DNA of 64,000 nt from Lama guanicoe (GCA_013239625.1 MU053652.1:4641902-4705901); one strand, 5' to 3'; positions 36,062 to 63,999 are shown, counted from the stretch's first letter. The notes: generated from the sequence alone by a model not told the origin. Program-made: numbers and translations.

Positions 36062-36480
36062 GTGTGTGTGTGTGTGTGTGTGTGTGCGTGCGCGCGCGGT
36101 GAGCGCGCCTGCCTGCAGGGGTGGATGGGTGTGTAGGAATGTGCATGTGTGTTGGGGGTGTGTGTGTGTGACGGTGTGTGATATGTGTCTGTAAGGAGCG
36201 TGTGAATGTGGTGTAGGGGGGTGTGTGCCTGTGTGTGTCTATATGTTGTGTGTGTCTGTGGGTTAAGTGTGTGCATGTGTGTGTGTCTTGTGTACACACA
36301 CATGTGTATGTGACAGGGGAGGCTGGGAGCTCACAGAGCTTGGGTCTGAACCCATGTAAGAGGGAGGGGAGCTCAGCAGGATGAATTGAGTATGTGTCTG
36401 CACTTACATGCAGGGGTGTGTGAAGGGTGAGTAGATGAGTGTGTGTCATGGGTGCTAAATGTGGCTGTGTGTGTGATGTA
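36062..36480. repeat. (GT)n microsatellite and GT-rich low-complexity tract
   Basis: Perfect (GT)n followed by degenerate TG repeats. Confidence 0.85.
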
Positions 36481-37361
36481 AGGGTGCTAGGTGCACGTGT
36501 GTCCCTGGCTTCCCCTACCAGATGTGTGTTTGCGGGTTTTGTGGGGGGGAGGTTAGGAGTCTACTGCAGCAGCCTCTTGTCCAGTTCGCCTGCCTGGCCA
36601 TCTTCCCCGGAAGCTAGAGGTGGCCAGGCTGCCCCTCCCCCCAATACTTCTAGGGTTAGGGGATGGGGAGCAGGCCAAGCCCCAGGAAGGAGGGGAAAGG
36701 CTGAAGGAACAGAGCTGCCAGACCAAGGCACCCTGCTTTCCAGGGCTGCCTTCTCCATCTCTGCCAGATCACTCAGCCCTGTGCTTTATCCCAGTGCTCC
36801 GGGGGTCTGAGTGAGTGGGCCGGCCTCTCAGAGTGGGGCTGGAGCTGGTGTGGGACTCATCCAACTTGTTCACAGTTGTATTACTGGAGGGTGGTTGGCA
36901 CACAGTAGGCCTCAACAAATATTTGAGGGTGGAAGGGAGGATAGAGAGGAGAGAGGGAGGGAAGGAATCTGAGTCTGTGAGTCAAGTCCACCCCCTTGGT
37001 TATCAGTCAAGGATGGGGGCAGCTGGATGCAGTCAGACCCCTGTCTCCAGATTAAGCAGGTGGGGGTGGCAGGGGCTTAAGGAGGCGCCTTGGCTGGGAA
37101 GAGAAGGGAAACTGCAGGGGAGAGATTTGTGCTACAGCCTGAAAGTACAGGAAGGAGCTGGCAACTCTCCTTGAGCAGGACCGTTTGTGTCCTGCCTCCA
37201 CCACTCTCTTCTCTGGGATCAGAAGCCTCTCTCTGGGGCATCAGATCCCAGGCAGCCAGCACTCATAGCTGGCCCTCTCCTCTCTCCAGGACCTTCGTGA
37301 TCAAAAGTGCTGAAGAACTGAGCCCCTGGCCCACCCAGGCCACCGGGGGCCAGGAGGGGCC

Positions 37362-38013
37362 ATGGCAGGGTATGGCTGTCTGGGGCTGGGGCTGTTCTGC
37401 TGGGTCCTGCTTGCAGTTCCCGTGGGCCCCCAGCCTGCCTCCTCTGTCCCAGGTGCCCATCTCACCACTCTGACCCCACCACCTCAGAGTGAGGCCTCTA
37501 TGCTGTCTCTAAACCTGGGACTTAACTTCAAATTCCACCTTCGGGGACCTGCTGCTGCTTGGGGGAGCCCTGTCACAGAGACCCAGGCACTTTCTCCCGG
37601 ACCGAGCCGGGAGCCAGAGGAAGAGGTGGACAGTGGGCTGAGGACTGACCCCTTTTGGGAACTGCTGGTGGGCTCTCTTAGCAACTCCCCCCCAGAGTGG
37701 GGCTCTGCTGAAGGCAGCTCTACCCCCTGGTCCTCCTCCCTGCCTCTGGAGTCCACATCCCTCCTCTCTGGGCCCACTGACCGGCCCACTGCTCCCTATC
37801 AGCCCAGGATGGGCACTGTGACCTGGGATACTGCTCTGACAGCTATAGCACCTCCATCCAGTGCTCCCAGGCTCCACCAGAGCGAGCTGGAGCTGAAGTT
37901 TGACATGGCGCTGAGAGCAGGTGCAGCCCCCACGCTCGGGCATCGAACGCTGCCCCTGCTGCCCAGCCTGCGGGCCAGCCTGGCAGAGATTGCTGGGCGC
38001 CTGGGACCCTTTG
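37362..38013 (+). CDS. PRRT4: PRRT4 first coding exon (acceptor at 37289/37290)
   Basis: gccATGG; ...SLNLGLNFKFHLRG...LAEIAGRLGPF(G); donor gtgagt. Confidence 0.94.
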
Positions 38014-41000
38014 GTGAGTACCCACCCCATCCCAAGGAGAACCCATGCTGGGCAGTCTGGCAGGTAGGACGGAGCTTCAGCCTGGCTCCTTTTGCAGGGT
38101 TCTTTGGCACTACCCTGTCCCCTCTCCGGAACTTATCAGGCCCAAGCACCCCAAGCCCAATTACATCCCCAAGCTCTGCCTCCAGAGTTTCGGATTCTCC
38201 AGGTGAGTGTTTATTTCACTGCAACAAACATTTATGGAACACCTCTATATGCCTGGTGCTGTGCTAGGGGCCTAACCAGCATCTCCCTTTCCCCCGTGAT
38301 CCAAGGGTGGCTTGCACTGCTTCTCCCAGGCTCTGGGACACTAGTGACTGCTCCCATGGAGAAATGCCCTCTTTGCCATACTGAGTCTGGTTTGGTCCTT
38401 GTAGCTTTGCTTCTGGAGTGTATGTGGCTACAATTCCGGGGACAGTGGTTCCCTTAGGTCAAGCTCTGGGAAAGGATAGGGTTTTCTCCAAAGCCCCAGA
38501 GGCCAAGGCTGGCTGATAGCTTGGTACTCGAGTCCTATGTGCTCCATTTGCAGGGTTCTTTGGCACCACTCTGTCCCCGCCCCCATCCCCCCTGGAGAGA
38601 AAGCCCCCAAGTCCAAGGCCACTGGACGCAGCTGCTTCCCTAAGCCCTGCCTCAACTGCAACAGCCTCTCTAGGTAAGTGTCCAATTTATTTGAACTTAA
38701 CAGTTATTTATTGAGCACTTTCTACATGCTAGCCACTCATGGGCATTCTGGGATCCTCCTATTTCATTGCCGTCATAATCATGATCACCATTCTCTTCAT
38801 CATTACCATGGAGATATGTACTAATGGTCTGAGAACAAGTGTTGCTGGGCACGGTCCCACACAGAGTTAAGTAATGGTCCTCTGGAGTTTTGCAATCATA
38901 GGCAGAGCAGGATGTAGACAGATGTATCAGGGGCAAACAGACACAGGAACTCCTTCATGATTTCCACAGCCTCAGCACTAACCCCACCCTGCGCTCCAGT
39001 CTGCCTGGCCTGCCTCCCCACCCTCCCACTCCAACCTTGGGGCTCTCTGCTTTGCCATCTGATCTGACGTGACATGCTGTCAGATATGGACAGAGCTGGG
39101 CTCCTCATTGGGAAGACGTTGAAGAGGAGACCTTGAGCAGACAGACGCCATCTTTGTTCAAGGGAGCCTTTCAGAACATGCACAGAGACAAGCGGGTGGT
39201 GCGGAGGAAAGATCAAGGGCTCTAGAATCTTGAGACTTGACTTTGAATCCCAATCCACTGGTGACCTTGGACAGGTTATTTAACTTCTCTGAGCCTAAAT
39301 TTTCTCATATATCTAGGGTTTAAGAATAGTGCCTGTTTTGTTATTGTAAAGCTTCCAGATAATGTAAGCTCCTGGCATGAGGCTGGGCACAAGGCATTGT
39401 CTCATTAAATAGTAGCTGTTAACCTTGCTTCTTCCCCCACTGAGTCCCAAATACATGTCCAGACCCCACCTCTCAGACACTGCAACCCTAGCTCCACAAA
39501 TGTGATGGGACAACATGTAATCCACAAGGCAGGGGGCACACTGCTCTGGCAGAGGTTCTGGCAGGTGAGGCCAAGGGAGCCATGCAAAGGGTTAACTGGG
39601 CCTGGAAATCCTCTCAGCCTCCTCACATTAGGAACTGGCTTAGCAGTGGAAACCACTGGTCCCTGAGTTTCTCCCAGCTCCAGCCTTAACACCTGACTGT
39701 CCCTCACTCCTGAGCGGTCACAGTATTCCCAGGCATGTGGAAGACCAGCCCGCCATCCCCTCCCCATCCAGGCAGTGGCAGGCTCTGTGGCCGCAGGGGA
39801 AAGATGCTGCCTGGCGGTCTGTCAGCCTTGGTGACAGCGCTGGCCAGGCAGGTTTAATGAGTCTGGACAGTATCAGAGGCAGCCAAGCCAGTTGGTGGCC
39901 CCACCCTCCTTCCCCCTCCTCACCATGGCTACAGGAACCCAGCCTCTTCCTGGCTGTTCCTCTTGGATAAACCCAGGAGAGCCTCAGACCTCCTGGAGAG
40001 AAGGCCAAAAGCCTTGTTTGCACCAGCACCCCGTGTGGGGAGTAGTGTGGCAAGTAGAGGATAAAGGGGGTCTCTCTGTGTATTCTCTAGGAACTTCCTA
40101 AGCTGGATGCGGTTAACCTTTTACCATAGGGCTTCTCTTTTTTACATTAGGTTCCTTTCACCTTGGACAGAGCTTGCGTTCACCCAGTGCACACTGGGAC
40201 AGTTGTGCAGGTCGTTAACATATTGAAAGACTTTCATATCAGTTGATGAGTATCCACTGCCCTTATCCCCCTGAGCACCCCTCCACTCCCTGACCACCTG
40301 ACTGGCAGCTGTTCTGAATGGCTAAAAATGGTGGTTAAATATTTTGAATGTCACCCTTAAAGAGTATCAGTCCTCTGTGATCCTGTAGGTGGGGGTGGGG
40401 AGACAGTTGGGGCCAGGCCACTGAGCAGGCTGCAGCTTCCGGCATCCAGAGGAGAGAGTGATTCTCCACCCCTTTGATCTGGGCAGCTAGTGGATAATCA
40501 GGTCTGACTTTTCCATATATCCACCCAGGGCCTCTTCCCAACTCCTCCCCAATCAGCTCCAGCCTCACCAGTTACTCACATGGACATCTCATCTCCTCCC
40601 TCGCACCTGAGGTCAACAGGGACCACAGGGCCAGAGTGGGACCACTTTGTAAGGGAGGCCTGCTCAGGAGAGGGATCCTAGGAACTCACTATCTTCTACG
40701 GGAAACTGAGGGCCCCCACTGAGGAAGCCTTGAATAGAGAGACAGAGGATGAGCTCAAGGGGACTCTTCAAAGGCAGAAGCTGGGACTTCTTTTTGACTG
40801 ACCTGACCCACACCAACCTAGTGCAGGGCACACCGGGCCAGCCCTGCCCCCAGGGAGCAGTGCTCCTAGGCCAGAAATCTTTCTGCTGACACTTGAGCTG
40901 GGGTTGTACTTTGCCTATTTTTTGGTTTTTATTCTTCTGTCTTCTTAGGAATGTTGACATTTACTCTTGTTGCCATAATGCTTTGGGGCAGAGGTGAAAG

Positions 41001-42652
41001 ATGGGGTTTCCTATGGCCATTGAGTGAGGAGTGGAGCTGGAAGAGGGTTGGTTGGAGCAGACCTCTGAGAGCTGTACTTGTCTGTACAGTGAGTAGTGGG
41101 GAGGTATGAGGGGCCACAGGCTGACACAGGCTGTGGGCTCCTGGCCAAGGTCTTCCTGCCTCTCTGCAGAGCCCACTAAAACCAAAGAAAGACCAAGGAG
41201 AATCATTCATCTTGCAGAAGTGGGTTGAGCAAGGGCATCTGAGGGGACCAAACTATGAGGGGTGAGGGAGGGTGTGTGTGTGTATCTGATTCCATTCATG
41301 TCAGACTGACCCCAGCCCCCACCCACAACAGCAAGCCATTCCCACCTGAATGATTCCTCATTTAATTCACCGCTTTGTCTTCAGTAAGTGTTCAGGGATG
41401 GTCAGTCCATCCAAATGGTGTTCTTTAAACAAGGTTCACAGAGGGAGACAATGCATTGATGTTCACTCATTTGACTAATTGTTGACTTTCTAAGCAAGTT
41501 TAGGTTGCGCTAAGGGACAACGGCCTTGTGTTAGTTAAGTCAAGAATTAGTTTGAGGCCAGAAATGGTCACACACACAAATACACACTGATGATTGATGA
41601 GTGATAAACATTAGCCCATAACGATGATAATAACAACAGTCATATATTGGAAGTTTATTACGCACCAGGCACTCCAAAGAGCTTTCCACACATCAGCTAT
41701 GTATCCTCGTAACAGCCCTATGCAGTCAGTGCTCTTCCCTATTTCATACTGGAGGAATGTGATGGGACAGGAACCAGAGAACATGCTGCCATTTGCAGTA
41801 GTCAGCGAGCTATATATATGTAATTTTTTGGCAGCACCCTCTCTGCCCTCCCCAGTTGCCCAGTTCTACCTTCCCCACCCCTCTCTCCAGAGCTGCTTTC
41901 TGGCCCTCTCACTCCTTTCCGTTGTTCTCAGGACTGCTCTGTTTTGCATGTGCCCAACACTAGCTGGCACTGACTGGGGTAGGGTTGTGCTCCTGGGGTC
42001 TTCCCCTTTTGTCCAGCTGAGACATGGCTGGACTTGGCCAGGCAGTTGGGGCAAGAATCTGGTTGTCAGGAGACTCTCCCTGTCTCATTCTACATCTGGG
42101 ATCCCCTTATCTTTCACTGCCGTCTTTTCCCCACCATCCTTGCCTGCGCTGCAGTTCTGTTGAGCCTGCTAGATGGGGTAGGGAGGTTCAGTCTGGCCAT
42201 GAGGAAAATCCTTCAGTCTAATTCTTTCTCACTCCTCTCTTGCTCCAGGAGAGAAGAATTAGAGATCTTAGTCCCACACTCTTTTACTTGACTTTCCTTC
42301 CCAAGGGATGTGGGGAATATGTTAGAACACAGGATGGGGCTGGGAGCCTAAGTTAGCAAACCCCAGAGCACCTGAGGGGCTCACTTGCTAAGATGGCATT
42401 TTATCCTACTATGATCTCCCCAACTATTCCTTCCTGGGAGTTCAAGGGACTCCCAGGGGAGTCCATTTTAATGTCACCTTCTGTAAAAGGGGGCTGAGAA
42501 CCAAAAGGGTATATATATTAAGAGCCTCAGACCAATGGTTTTGTGGTTGCATCAGAATGGGGACCACGGCCATGGGTAGGGCGAGGGCTGAGGGTGTAGC
42601 AAGCAGGAAGACCAGTGAATAGGAAAGGCTGTGCTTTTTCAGGGTGCTAGGG

Positions 42653-42689
<37 letters not shown>

Positions 42690-45242
42690 ACGTGTGCATA
42701 CTGGCTTTTCCTGAAGAGACAGGGAGAAGGGGGAAGCAGTTGAAAAAAGGCAGGAGAAACTTCTTCTAGCACCAAGGTAGGAGTTGGGATTCAGGGGTGC
42801 AGAACAAGAGATAAGAAAACTAGTATTAGGAAGAGGCTGATGGAAAAGAGCTCAGACTGGTGCTCAGATTTGAATTCGAGTTGCAGCTCTGCGAATTTGT
42901 AACCGTGGACAAATCACTTTGCCTCTCAGCAGTACCACAATTTCTTCATCTGGCAAATAGGAGGATTCATTTATTCAATGAATATCTGCTCAGTGCCAAC
43001 TCTGTGTCAGGCACCACTTTAGGCATGGATATTCAGATGTAAGCAAAGCAAACAAAAATCCTCATTCTTCCAAAGCCTCCTTCCTGGTGGGAGGATTGAA
43101 CTAGAGGGGGCTTCTACACTTCCTTCCAGGTGTAAAATTCTGTGACCTCCTGAGAAAAACTCTTTTCAGTGGAATCACAGGGTAATGAACAAAGCAGAGA
43201 GCTGGGGGTGTGGTGGGGTGAGGGAATGAAGAGGGGTGCAGCTGGAAGAGTTTGATGGGAAAGGGAAAGATGAGGGGCTGGGAGGTCGTGAGTCTCCTGT
43301 TTAAGACAAGTCCGTCCTGGATGCTATGAGGACTCTCTGGCATACAGGCTGTGGGCTGTGGGGTGGGCATAGGGAAGGCTGCACGACCGCCTCAGACAAA
43401 CGTTCTTTGCCCACAGACTCCACCACCTCCACCTCTGGCCTGGATGACCCCTCTCCCGCCAGCCTTGGGAACCTTTCGGTGCAGCCAGAGTGTGGGCCAG
43501 GGTCCTGCAGCATCAGAGAACTGCCTGAACGCGAGGGGCAGCCTCCTGCGGCCCCGCTGCCCCTCTTCTTCCTGACCCTGGAGGCCGACTGGGCAGAGGC
43601 CAAGGCTCGCTGGGGGCTGGCCTGGGAGGCCCACGTGTACGGGGTAGGCGCGCTCTTCGGCCTGGTGGCCCTGCTGGCGCTGCTGGCACTGGCCCTCTTG
43701 CCTTGGCGCTGCCCGCCCGGCGCCCCCTGCCTGGCGCTGCTGGACCTGCTCCTGCTCTCGGCCGGGGCCACGCGGGCCTTCCCGCTCTTCTACGACGCCT
43801 ACGGGCACCGCGATCGGCTGCCGATTCTTGCCTGGCTGCTGCTGCAGGACCTCCCTCTGCCCTGCCTGGCCGCCGGCCTGGGCCTGGCCTGCCTACTGCT
43901 GGCTCGGCCGCGCCCGCCGCGGTGTCCTGCTGGCCTGGCCGCGTTGCTGCTCCTGGGGCTGGGGCTGGCGGCGGCCGCCGCCCTCGGAAGCGCGGCCCAC
44001 CGCCCGCTGAGGGCCCTGCGGCTCGCCTCCCGCGGGCTGCACGCCTTCCTCGCCGCCCTCCTTTCCGGGCTCCTGCTGGCGCTCTCCTGCCTGGGGGGCC
44101 AGCGGCGGCGGGCCGGAGCGCCCCTAGGAGGGTCGGGCTTCAAGGGCGGCACTCCTCTCCCGCAGGCGCGCAGCCCCTTCGGCCCGCGCGAATCCTGGCG
44201 GCGCGCAGCGCGCACGGCCCCTGTGGCGGGCACCTTCGGGCTGCTCAGCGGAGCCCTGCAGGGCTACGAGGTGCTGCACGCCCTGGGCTACGGCGGGCAA
44301 CCCGGCCTGGAGGGGCCCTGGCCCTGGTGGGCCTTCCAGCTCGGCCTACGCCTGGGCGAGGTGGGCGTCGCGCTCCCGTTAGCGCTGCTGGGCCTCTACC
44401 CGGCGCTCTGCAGCCCCCGCGTGCCGCCGCGCTGCTGGGCCAAGCTCTTCCGCTTGTCCCCCGGCCACGCCGCCCCGCTGCTGCCCGGAGGCTGGGTCAC
44501 CGGGCCCCCGGACAAGAAGCCCCTGGGGAGCGCCATCGAGCGTGGCGACGCGGAGCTGCTGCAGCTGTGCGCCCTGGCAGGGCCAGGCCCCGACCTCTTA
44601 CTCCAGGGAGGCGGCTGCCGGGGCTTCGAAGGCGCAGCCGCCAACCCGGCCCCTTCCCCGGCCTCCTCCCCCTGCAGCGATTACACCGTGGACTTCCGCC
44701 CGCCCTCCCCCATCAACCTGCGGCGCAGCATCGAGGAGGCCCTCTGCAGCGAGGCCCTGCTGGCGCCCGACCTCTTCCAGGGCCCTGCCTTCGGGGAAGC
44801 CCTGCCTGGGCTCGGCCTCTTTCGCACCATCTCGCTGGGAGCGCAGACCCGGGCCGGGCCCAATGGGAGGTCTGAGGAGGCCCCTGGCTCCCCCGTGCCC
44901 CCCGAGCTCCCCTCTCCCGGAGCCTGGCCCGCGGGCAGCAGCGCCTCATCAGGCTCGCTGTGCGGACTGTCGCGGGACAGCTCGTCCATGCTGCTTTGCT
45001 CCAGCCCGGACAGGCCGCCACGCTGTCCGCTGGTCTGCGTCCTCAGTCCCCCTCGGCCCTCAGGAAGCAGCCCTAGCCTCCCGGCCTCAGGATCCTACCA
45101 GGCCTTGTCCCCACCCTCCCGCGACTCCCCGGAGCCTGCTCCTGAGCTGCAGGCCGAAGAGGCCTTGCTACAGGAGCAATTCCTGGACGCCTGCCGACAG
45201 ATTGACGAGCTGAGCGTGGGCAGCGACACCATAGACCTGTGA
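37362..45242 (+). CDS. PRRT4: Proline-rich transmembrane protein 4, spliced CDS (4 exons, 2703 nt, 900 aa)
   Basis: 652+105+120+1826=2703; signal peptide MAGYGCLGLGLFCWVLLAVPVG; multi-pass TM region; C-terminus RQIDELSVGSDTIDL*. Confidence 0.95.
38098..38202 (+). CDS. PRRT4: PRRT4 coding exon 2
   Basis: GFFGTTLSPLRNLSGPSTPSPITSPSSASRVSDSP; cag/gtgagt. Confidence 0.92.
38554..38673 (+). CDS. PRRT4: PRRT4 coding exon 3
   Basis: GFFGTTLSPPPSPLERKPPSPRPLDAAASLSPASTATASL; cag/gtaagt. Confidence 0.9.
42657..42687. repeat. (GT)n microsatellite
   Basis: About 15 GT units. Confidence 0.9.
43417..45242 (+). CDS. PRRT4: PRRT4 last coding exon (TM domain and cytoplasmic tail)
   Basis: Acceptor cccacag|AC; ...LFFLTLEADWAEAKARWGLAWEAHVYG...SDTIDL*. 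Confidence 0.96.
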
Positions 45243-45513
45243 AGACGTGGCCCCCTGGCCGCCCCGACCATACGCCCCCTTCTGGCGCCTGTTCTGTCCG
45301 AGACCTGCACACTGTAACCCTACCCCAATCCTGCCTGGCTCAGATACCTCTCCCGGCTTCCTTTCCCATCCAGGGGCCCCTGGATGGGTGGGTCAGCAGC
45401 CAGGCTCTGGTGATTGGGAACTAGTGCCACCTTCTCTGGAGCCCTGGGCGCTGATGCCCTCAGCTGCAATTCTAGGCTGGTAGGGGGTCCCACTTTCCTT
45501 GGCATTCACCAGC

Positions 45514-45519
45514 AATAAA
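45514..45519 (+). terminator. PRRT4: PRRT4 proximal AATAAA
   Basis: Canonical hexamer about 270 nt after the stop. Confidence 0.55.
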
Positions 45520-45767
45520 GCTCCAAGGTGCTCCATTCCTGACCACCTCTTCCCACTCTGGTGCTGAGTGAGAGGGGCTGTCCTCAGAAGACCTCGGGAC
45601 CAGCCTCAGTCCCCATCCCCACCTCTGCTATGCCCAGGAATCCCATCCCTGCGCGAGTGAGACTCCGTGCCCTCCACATGATCCTTCCCCATAGAAGGGT
45701 CCATGGCCCATCTAGGAGACTCTACAGCAGTTGGGTGGGAGGTGAGCGCTTTCAGAGTTAATTTATC

Positions 45768-45773
45768 AATAAA
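45768..45773 (+). terminator. PRRT4: PRRT4 distal AATAAA
   Basis: Canonical hexamer in an AU-rich context. Confidence 0.6.
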
Positions 45774-47399
45774 ATATTTTCAGAGGAGAAAGGTCTGCTC
45801 TTCTTGGAAAAACTTAGATGAGGCCGCAGCAGCAGATGTTTTGTCAAAACGAAAAGAAGCAGCGTTTGGGTGGGGTGGGTTCAACTCAGACCCCTGTGAC
45901 CTTCACTCCTGACTGCAAGAGGTCTTGTCCTCTACATGACCCTTCCCTGTAGGAGGATCCATGGCCCATTTGGGCTGAATGAGGGTCCTGGGAGTAGCCC
46001 CTTGAAGACCCTGCTGACTCCCCAGGAAGTGGCTTTTCAGAGAAGGACCATGGCTCTGAGAGGTGAAACTCTATAGTTATTGGTGGAAATGTCTGCATTC
46101 CTAGGAACTGGGCTTCAGGTCCTGATGGACAACTGGCTAGGGACTAAATTAGTGATAAAGTCCTTCATGTAAATGTTGCTCTACATCTCAAAGGCTTGAT
46201 CACCTTGAGCTGGAATCCCCAGCAATCTTCCTGCCATGTACCCAGAGGAATTCACAGAGGACTTTGGATTCACAGAGAAAACTACCCACTCCTTCTACCA
46301 ACAGGGCCTCTTCAAGATTGGACTCACAGCCCTCTTCTCCTGCAGAACGTTCATCTCGCATAGGCACAAACCCTCCCTAGAGGAAGCCTGTATTCCCCAA
46401 ACCCCAGCCCCATCCTACCCACTAAAGCAGAACTCACAGTGCAGAGACCCATGAATACATCCGGCCCCTAGACACTCTGTAATCCCTCCCTTGTCCAGAG
46501 AATTTGGCTCTGAGCTCTATAGTGTGTGTTTGTCATTTGCCTAAAGTGCAGTAAGTTCAGAGTGGCACTAAACAGCGTCCTAGATTAGGTTTAAAAATGC
46601 AGTTCTGGCAGTGTTTTGGCAGATGTCCTGCACATCACAGGGAGGCCTACAGGGGCACACATACTAGGCTTGAAGTGGAAAAACAGCAATAGGAATGGGT
46701 TTTCTTCCAACTCCACCCATCAGCTTGTGGGGATTTGAGAAGGGAGGCAAGGGAGCCCAGAGGGAAGCAGGCAGGAAAGCCAGGAGTGGGTGGGGCCTTC
46801 ACTAGACTAGGTCTAATCACTAGTGGAAGAATTAAGGCACTGCTCTCCTGGTCCATGAAATCTGTCTTGGCCAAGAGGAGTGTCCAGGGCCTGGAACCTG
46901 AGAAGGAGGTGGGAGCCAGTGATGTTTGGGGTGAGTGAGGGTCATAGTAGGGAAGAACATGAGAGGAGGGTGGGGCAGGCATAGCAGAAGGATGGAACTG
47001 GACTGGTTCTAACTGTGTCTCCTCCATCACCTGGCTCAGCTTGGCTCAGAAATTCTTGCTGCATTGTCGCTCTGGGCTGAGGCCCAAAGAACTGCCAGCC
47101 TCCTCCTTATAGGCATTGCTCACAGTCATAGTGGCTGTAGTGGCCCTAGCATTGGAGCTGCTTTGTGTCATGGAAGGAAGGCTCACTGCTTTGAGAAATT
47201 GCTTCCTTTCTTCCCCGCTCACCCTTCTCTCTGCCTCTGCTCACACTCAAGTCCTCTCTGCCTTCTGTTCCTCATCCTAATCCTTGCCAGCTGCTCTCAT
47301 TCATTCACTCTCCCCAGAGGTTCAGGCACACAGCTCCCAGCAAAGCAGTCCAAGCCCCACATACCCCCAGTCAGTCTCTCTGAATGTCTGTGTGCCTCT

Positions 47400-47428
47400 A
47401 TCTCTCTCTTCCTCTCTTCCTCTCTGTC

Positions 47429-47501
<73 letters not shown>
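47400..47501. repeat. Compound (CT)n(CA)n microsatellite
   Basis: Directly visible. Confidence 0.95.
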
Positions 47502-47502
<1 letters not shown>

Positions 47503-49949
47503 CCCTTTTCTGTTTGGAAGCTCTGAATGGGGCTTGGTGAGATGGGGAGGAAGGTGCAGGAATACAGCTTGCTGTTCAATAGCTCCAATACTTCTTTGAT
47601 TTTCCTCAGCAAGAACTACCTCAGCCCTTTGACTTTATCAAGAGGTCAGGACTTTGGTTAGACAACCCTTTCCTTTTGTCTCATGCCCCAGCCCTTCCTT
47701 AACCAAAGCAATTTCCCAGAGGAACCCAGGTAGATCCTAATACACACACCGTCAGTGTAGGAGTCTGAAAGACAAACTCACCCTCATTCATTCAGGCTCT
47801 TTGAAACATTTTATTGGATGCTCACATTGTGCTAGGTGCTGGGGTGGAGAGGTGAACAAGGTGGACAACAGCCCTGAACTTATGATGTTGAAGGTTTTTG
47901 AGGGAAGGCAGACATTAAAGAGCAAATCATATAGATGATTATAATAGCACAAATCATTAACTGCAGTTGTGAGAAGTGCTAAGAACAAGGAGCTTGTGGT
48001 ATTATAAGAAGGTTGGCTTGTAAGCGGGAGTGGAGCCAGGGGGGTGGGGCTTGGAAGACGCTGGCTGAGCACAGCCCAGGCCTCTCTCTACTTCCTTTCC
48101 AGGCTCCTGCACAGTGATGGATGAGGGAGAAGCCAGCAGTTTATTTCCCCTGGAAGCCACTTTGCTGGTGTGGTGCAGGGTACCACAACTCCCGCTATTT
48201 AATAAAGAACACTGCATGTGTCCTGAGTAGATGGATGAGCAAATATTCGCGATCGAAGAACCATGTGGCCTCTCTAATATGAAAGGATAGGAGGGGATGG
48301 GGCTGAGGCTGAGGCTGGGAGACTGAGATGGGGAGCCAGGTCTGAAAGTTGGGGAGAGTAGAAATGGTCAGCTGCATTTTTATCCTCCCCTGGGGCACAG
48401 AATTCATCAGGACCGTGGGTGGCTGCTGCCCTCTAATGGGCACAGGGACAGTTTCTTTTATCCTTTAAGGAAGGTTTGGGTTCAGAGTATTTCCAACTTA
48501 GCATTTAGGGGGTGTCCCAAAGGGATGTTGGAACAGCCTTCTCAGGATTCTCTCCCCAACCCGTGCACACCACAGCCAGGACTGGGAAGCCCTTCCCATA
48601 GCTAGGGCCCTGAAGCTAGCAATTTAGACTTTGGGTATGGAATTTTGATTTCTAAGGTAGTGAGGGGGCAGGAAAGGAGGAGAAAAAAGAGAGAGGAATG
48701 TGGAATCACAAACCAACTTTATTCGAATGACCCATCCCGTTTCTTTTGTCTCTTTGTCTCTCTGTGTCCTGGATAGAATTAACCCATGGCCTTAAAAATC
48801 TGTTTTGTATTTCAATACTTCCTCTGCTGAGTTATGTGTTCAAAAATAACTTTAGTGTTTTCTTTTAAGCATATATTACTTGGAGCTAGGGCTTCATAAA
48901 TCTGATGTTAAGCATTCTCCATTTTCTGCCATCACTATCAACCAATCATCCATCCATCCAAAGTTACTGAAAGTAGATGGGGTTTGAGGAGAAAGGGAAA
49001 CACTTTTCACTGTACCTTTTGTACTTTTTGATTTTTCTATCTACCATGTGTTCAGGTTATATCCTTTAAAAGTAATTATTAAAAACAGTGCACTGAGTAC
49101 TTTGGTTCTGTACAAATGTTCTGTAGGGTGCTGCAGTCCTGCACACAGGTCAGTTCCTGGGCCCAATGAGATGGCAGACTCTTCTGTGTTCCAGAGTTCA
49201 GGATCCAGGAGCACCCCAGATCTCCTGGCCAGTGAGATTCCTCAGCCTTAAGTCTGCCTATAAAGCTGACCTGAGGAAAGATCTTCTGTCTCTGGAAGGA
49301 CCTAGGTTCTAGATCTGTATGCAAAAGCTGGATGTCATCTTTGTTCTGAGTGAGTTCTCATGTGATTTTGCAGAGTGCAGGCTATGATTTATTTGTAAGT
49401 TTTTTGGATTACTGTCTGTCTACCCACCCTCTCCACCAATAGACTGTATTCTCCATGAGGACAGGGAACCTGTCTTTTTTTAGCTTACTAATTTTATCCC
49501 TAGTACCTGGCACATAGTAGGAGCTCAGTAAATATTATTTTGAAAGAATGATTGTGTATGATCTGTATTTATATACTTTTGTAGCTACAATTTGTCTGCG
49601 AAGTATTAAAGGCACAGTTATAGATATCTGTTATCATGTGACAGATTTCTCATATTCTCTAAGAATATGAGAATTGTCCGCATGATGTATGTGATGTACT
49701 TGTCTTTACGTGCGTTCTGGGTGTGTTTTGTGCATATAATCTGGGAGTCTGTGGTGGCACTGCAGAAAATATTTATTAAACATCTATTGTATGTTAGATC
49801 CTGGGTTAGGTCCAGAACAAGAACAACTTCTCCTGCCTTCCCTAGTGAATTTGGGATCTACCTCCGGGAGGTGAGATTTTAAGCAGGATAGGAACTCGCT
49901 ATGTCAAATTTCCCTGAAGAGGCAAGGGGGTGGTACTTGGATGAGGGGT

Positions 49950-63999
<14,050 letters not shown>

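Noticed and set aside
35268..36449. 200-aa ORFs on both strands at the PRRT4 CpG island and GT tract
   Set aside because: Low-complexity translations of GC-rich and (GT)n sequence
43703..45213. 390-aa and 223-aa alternative-frame ORFs inside the PRRT4 last exon
   Set aside because: Expected shadow ORFs of very GC-rich codons; no independent evidence of dual coding
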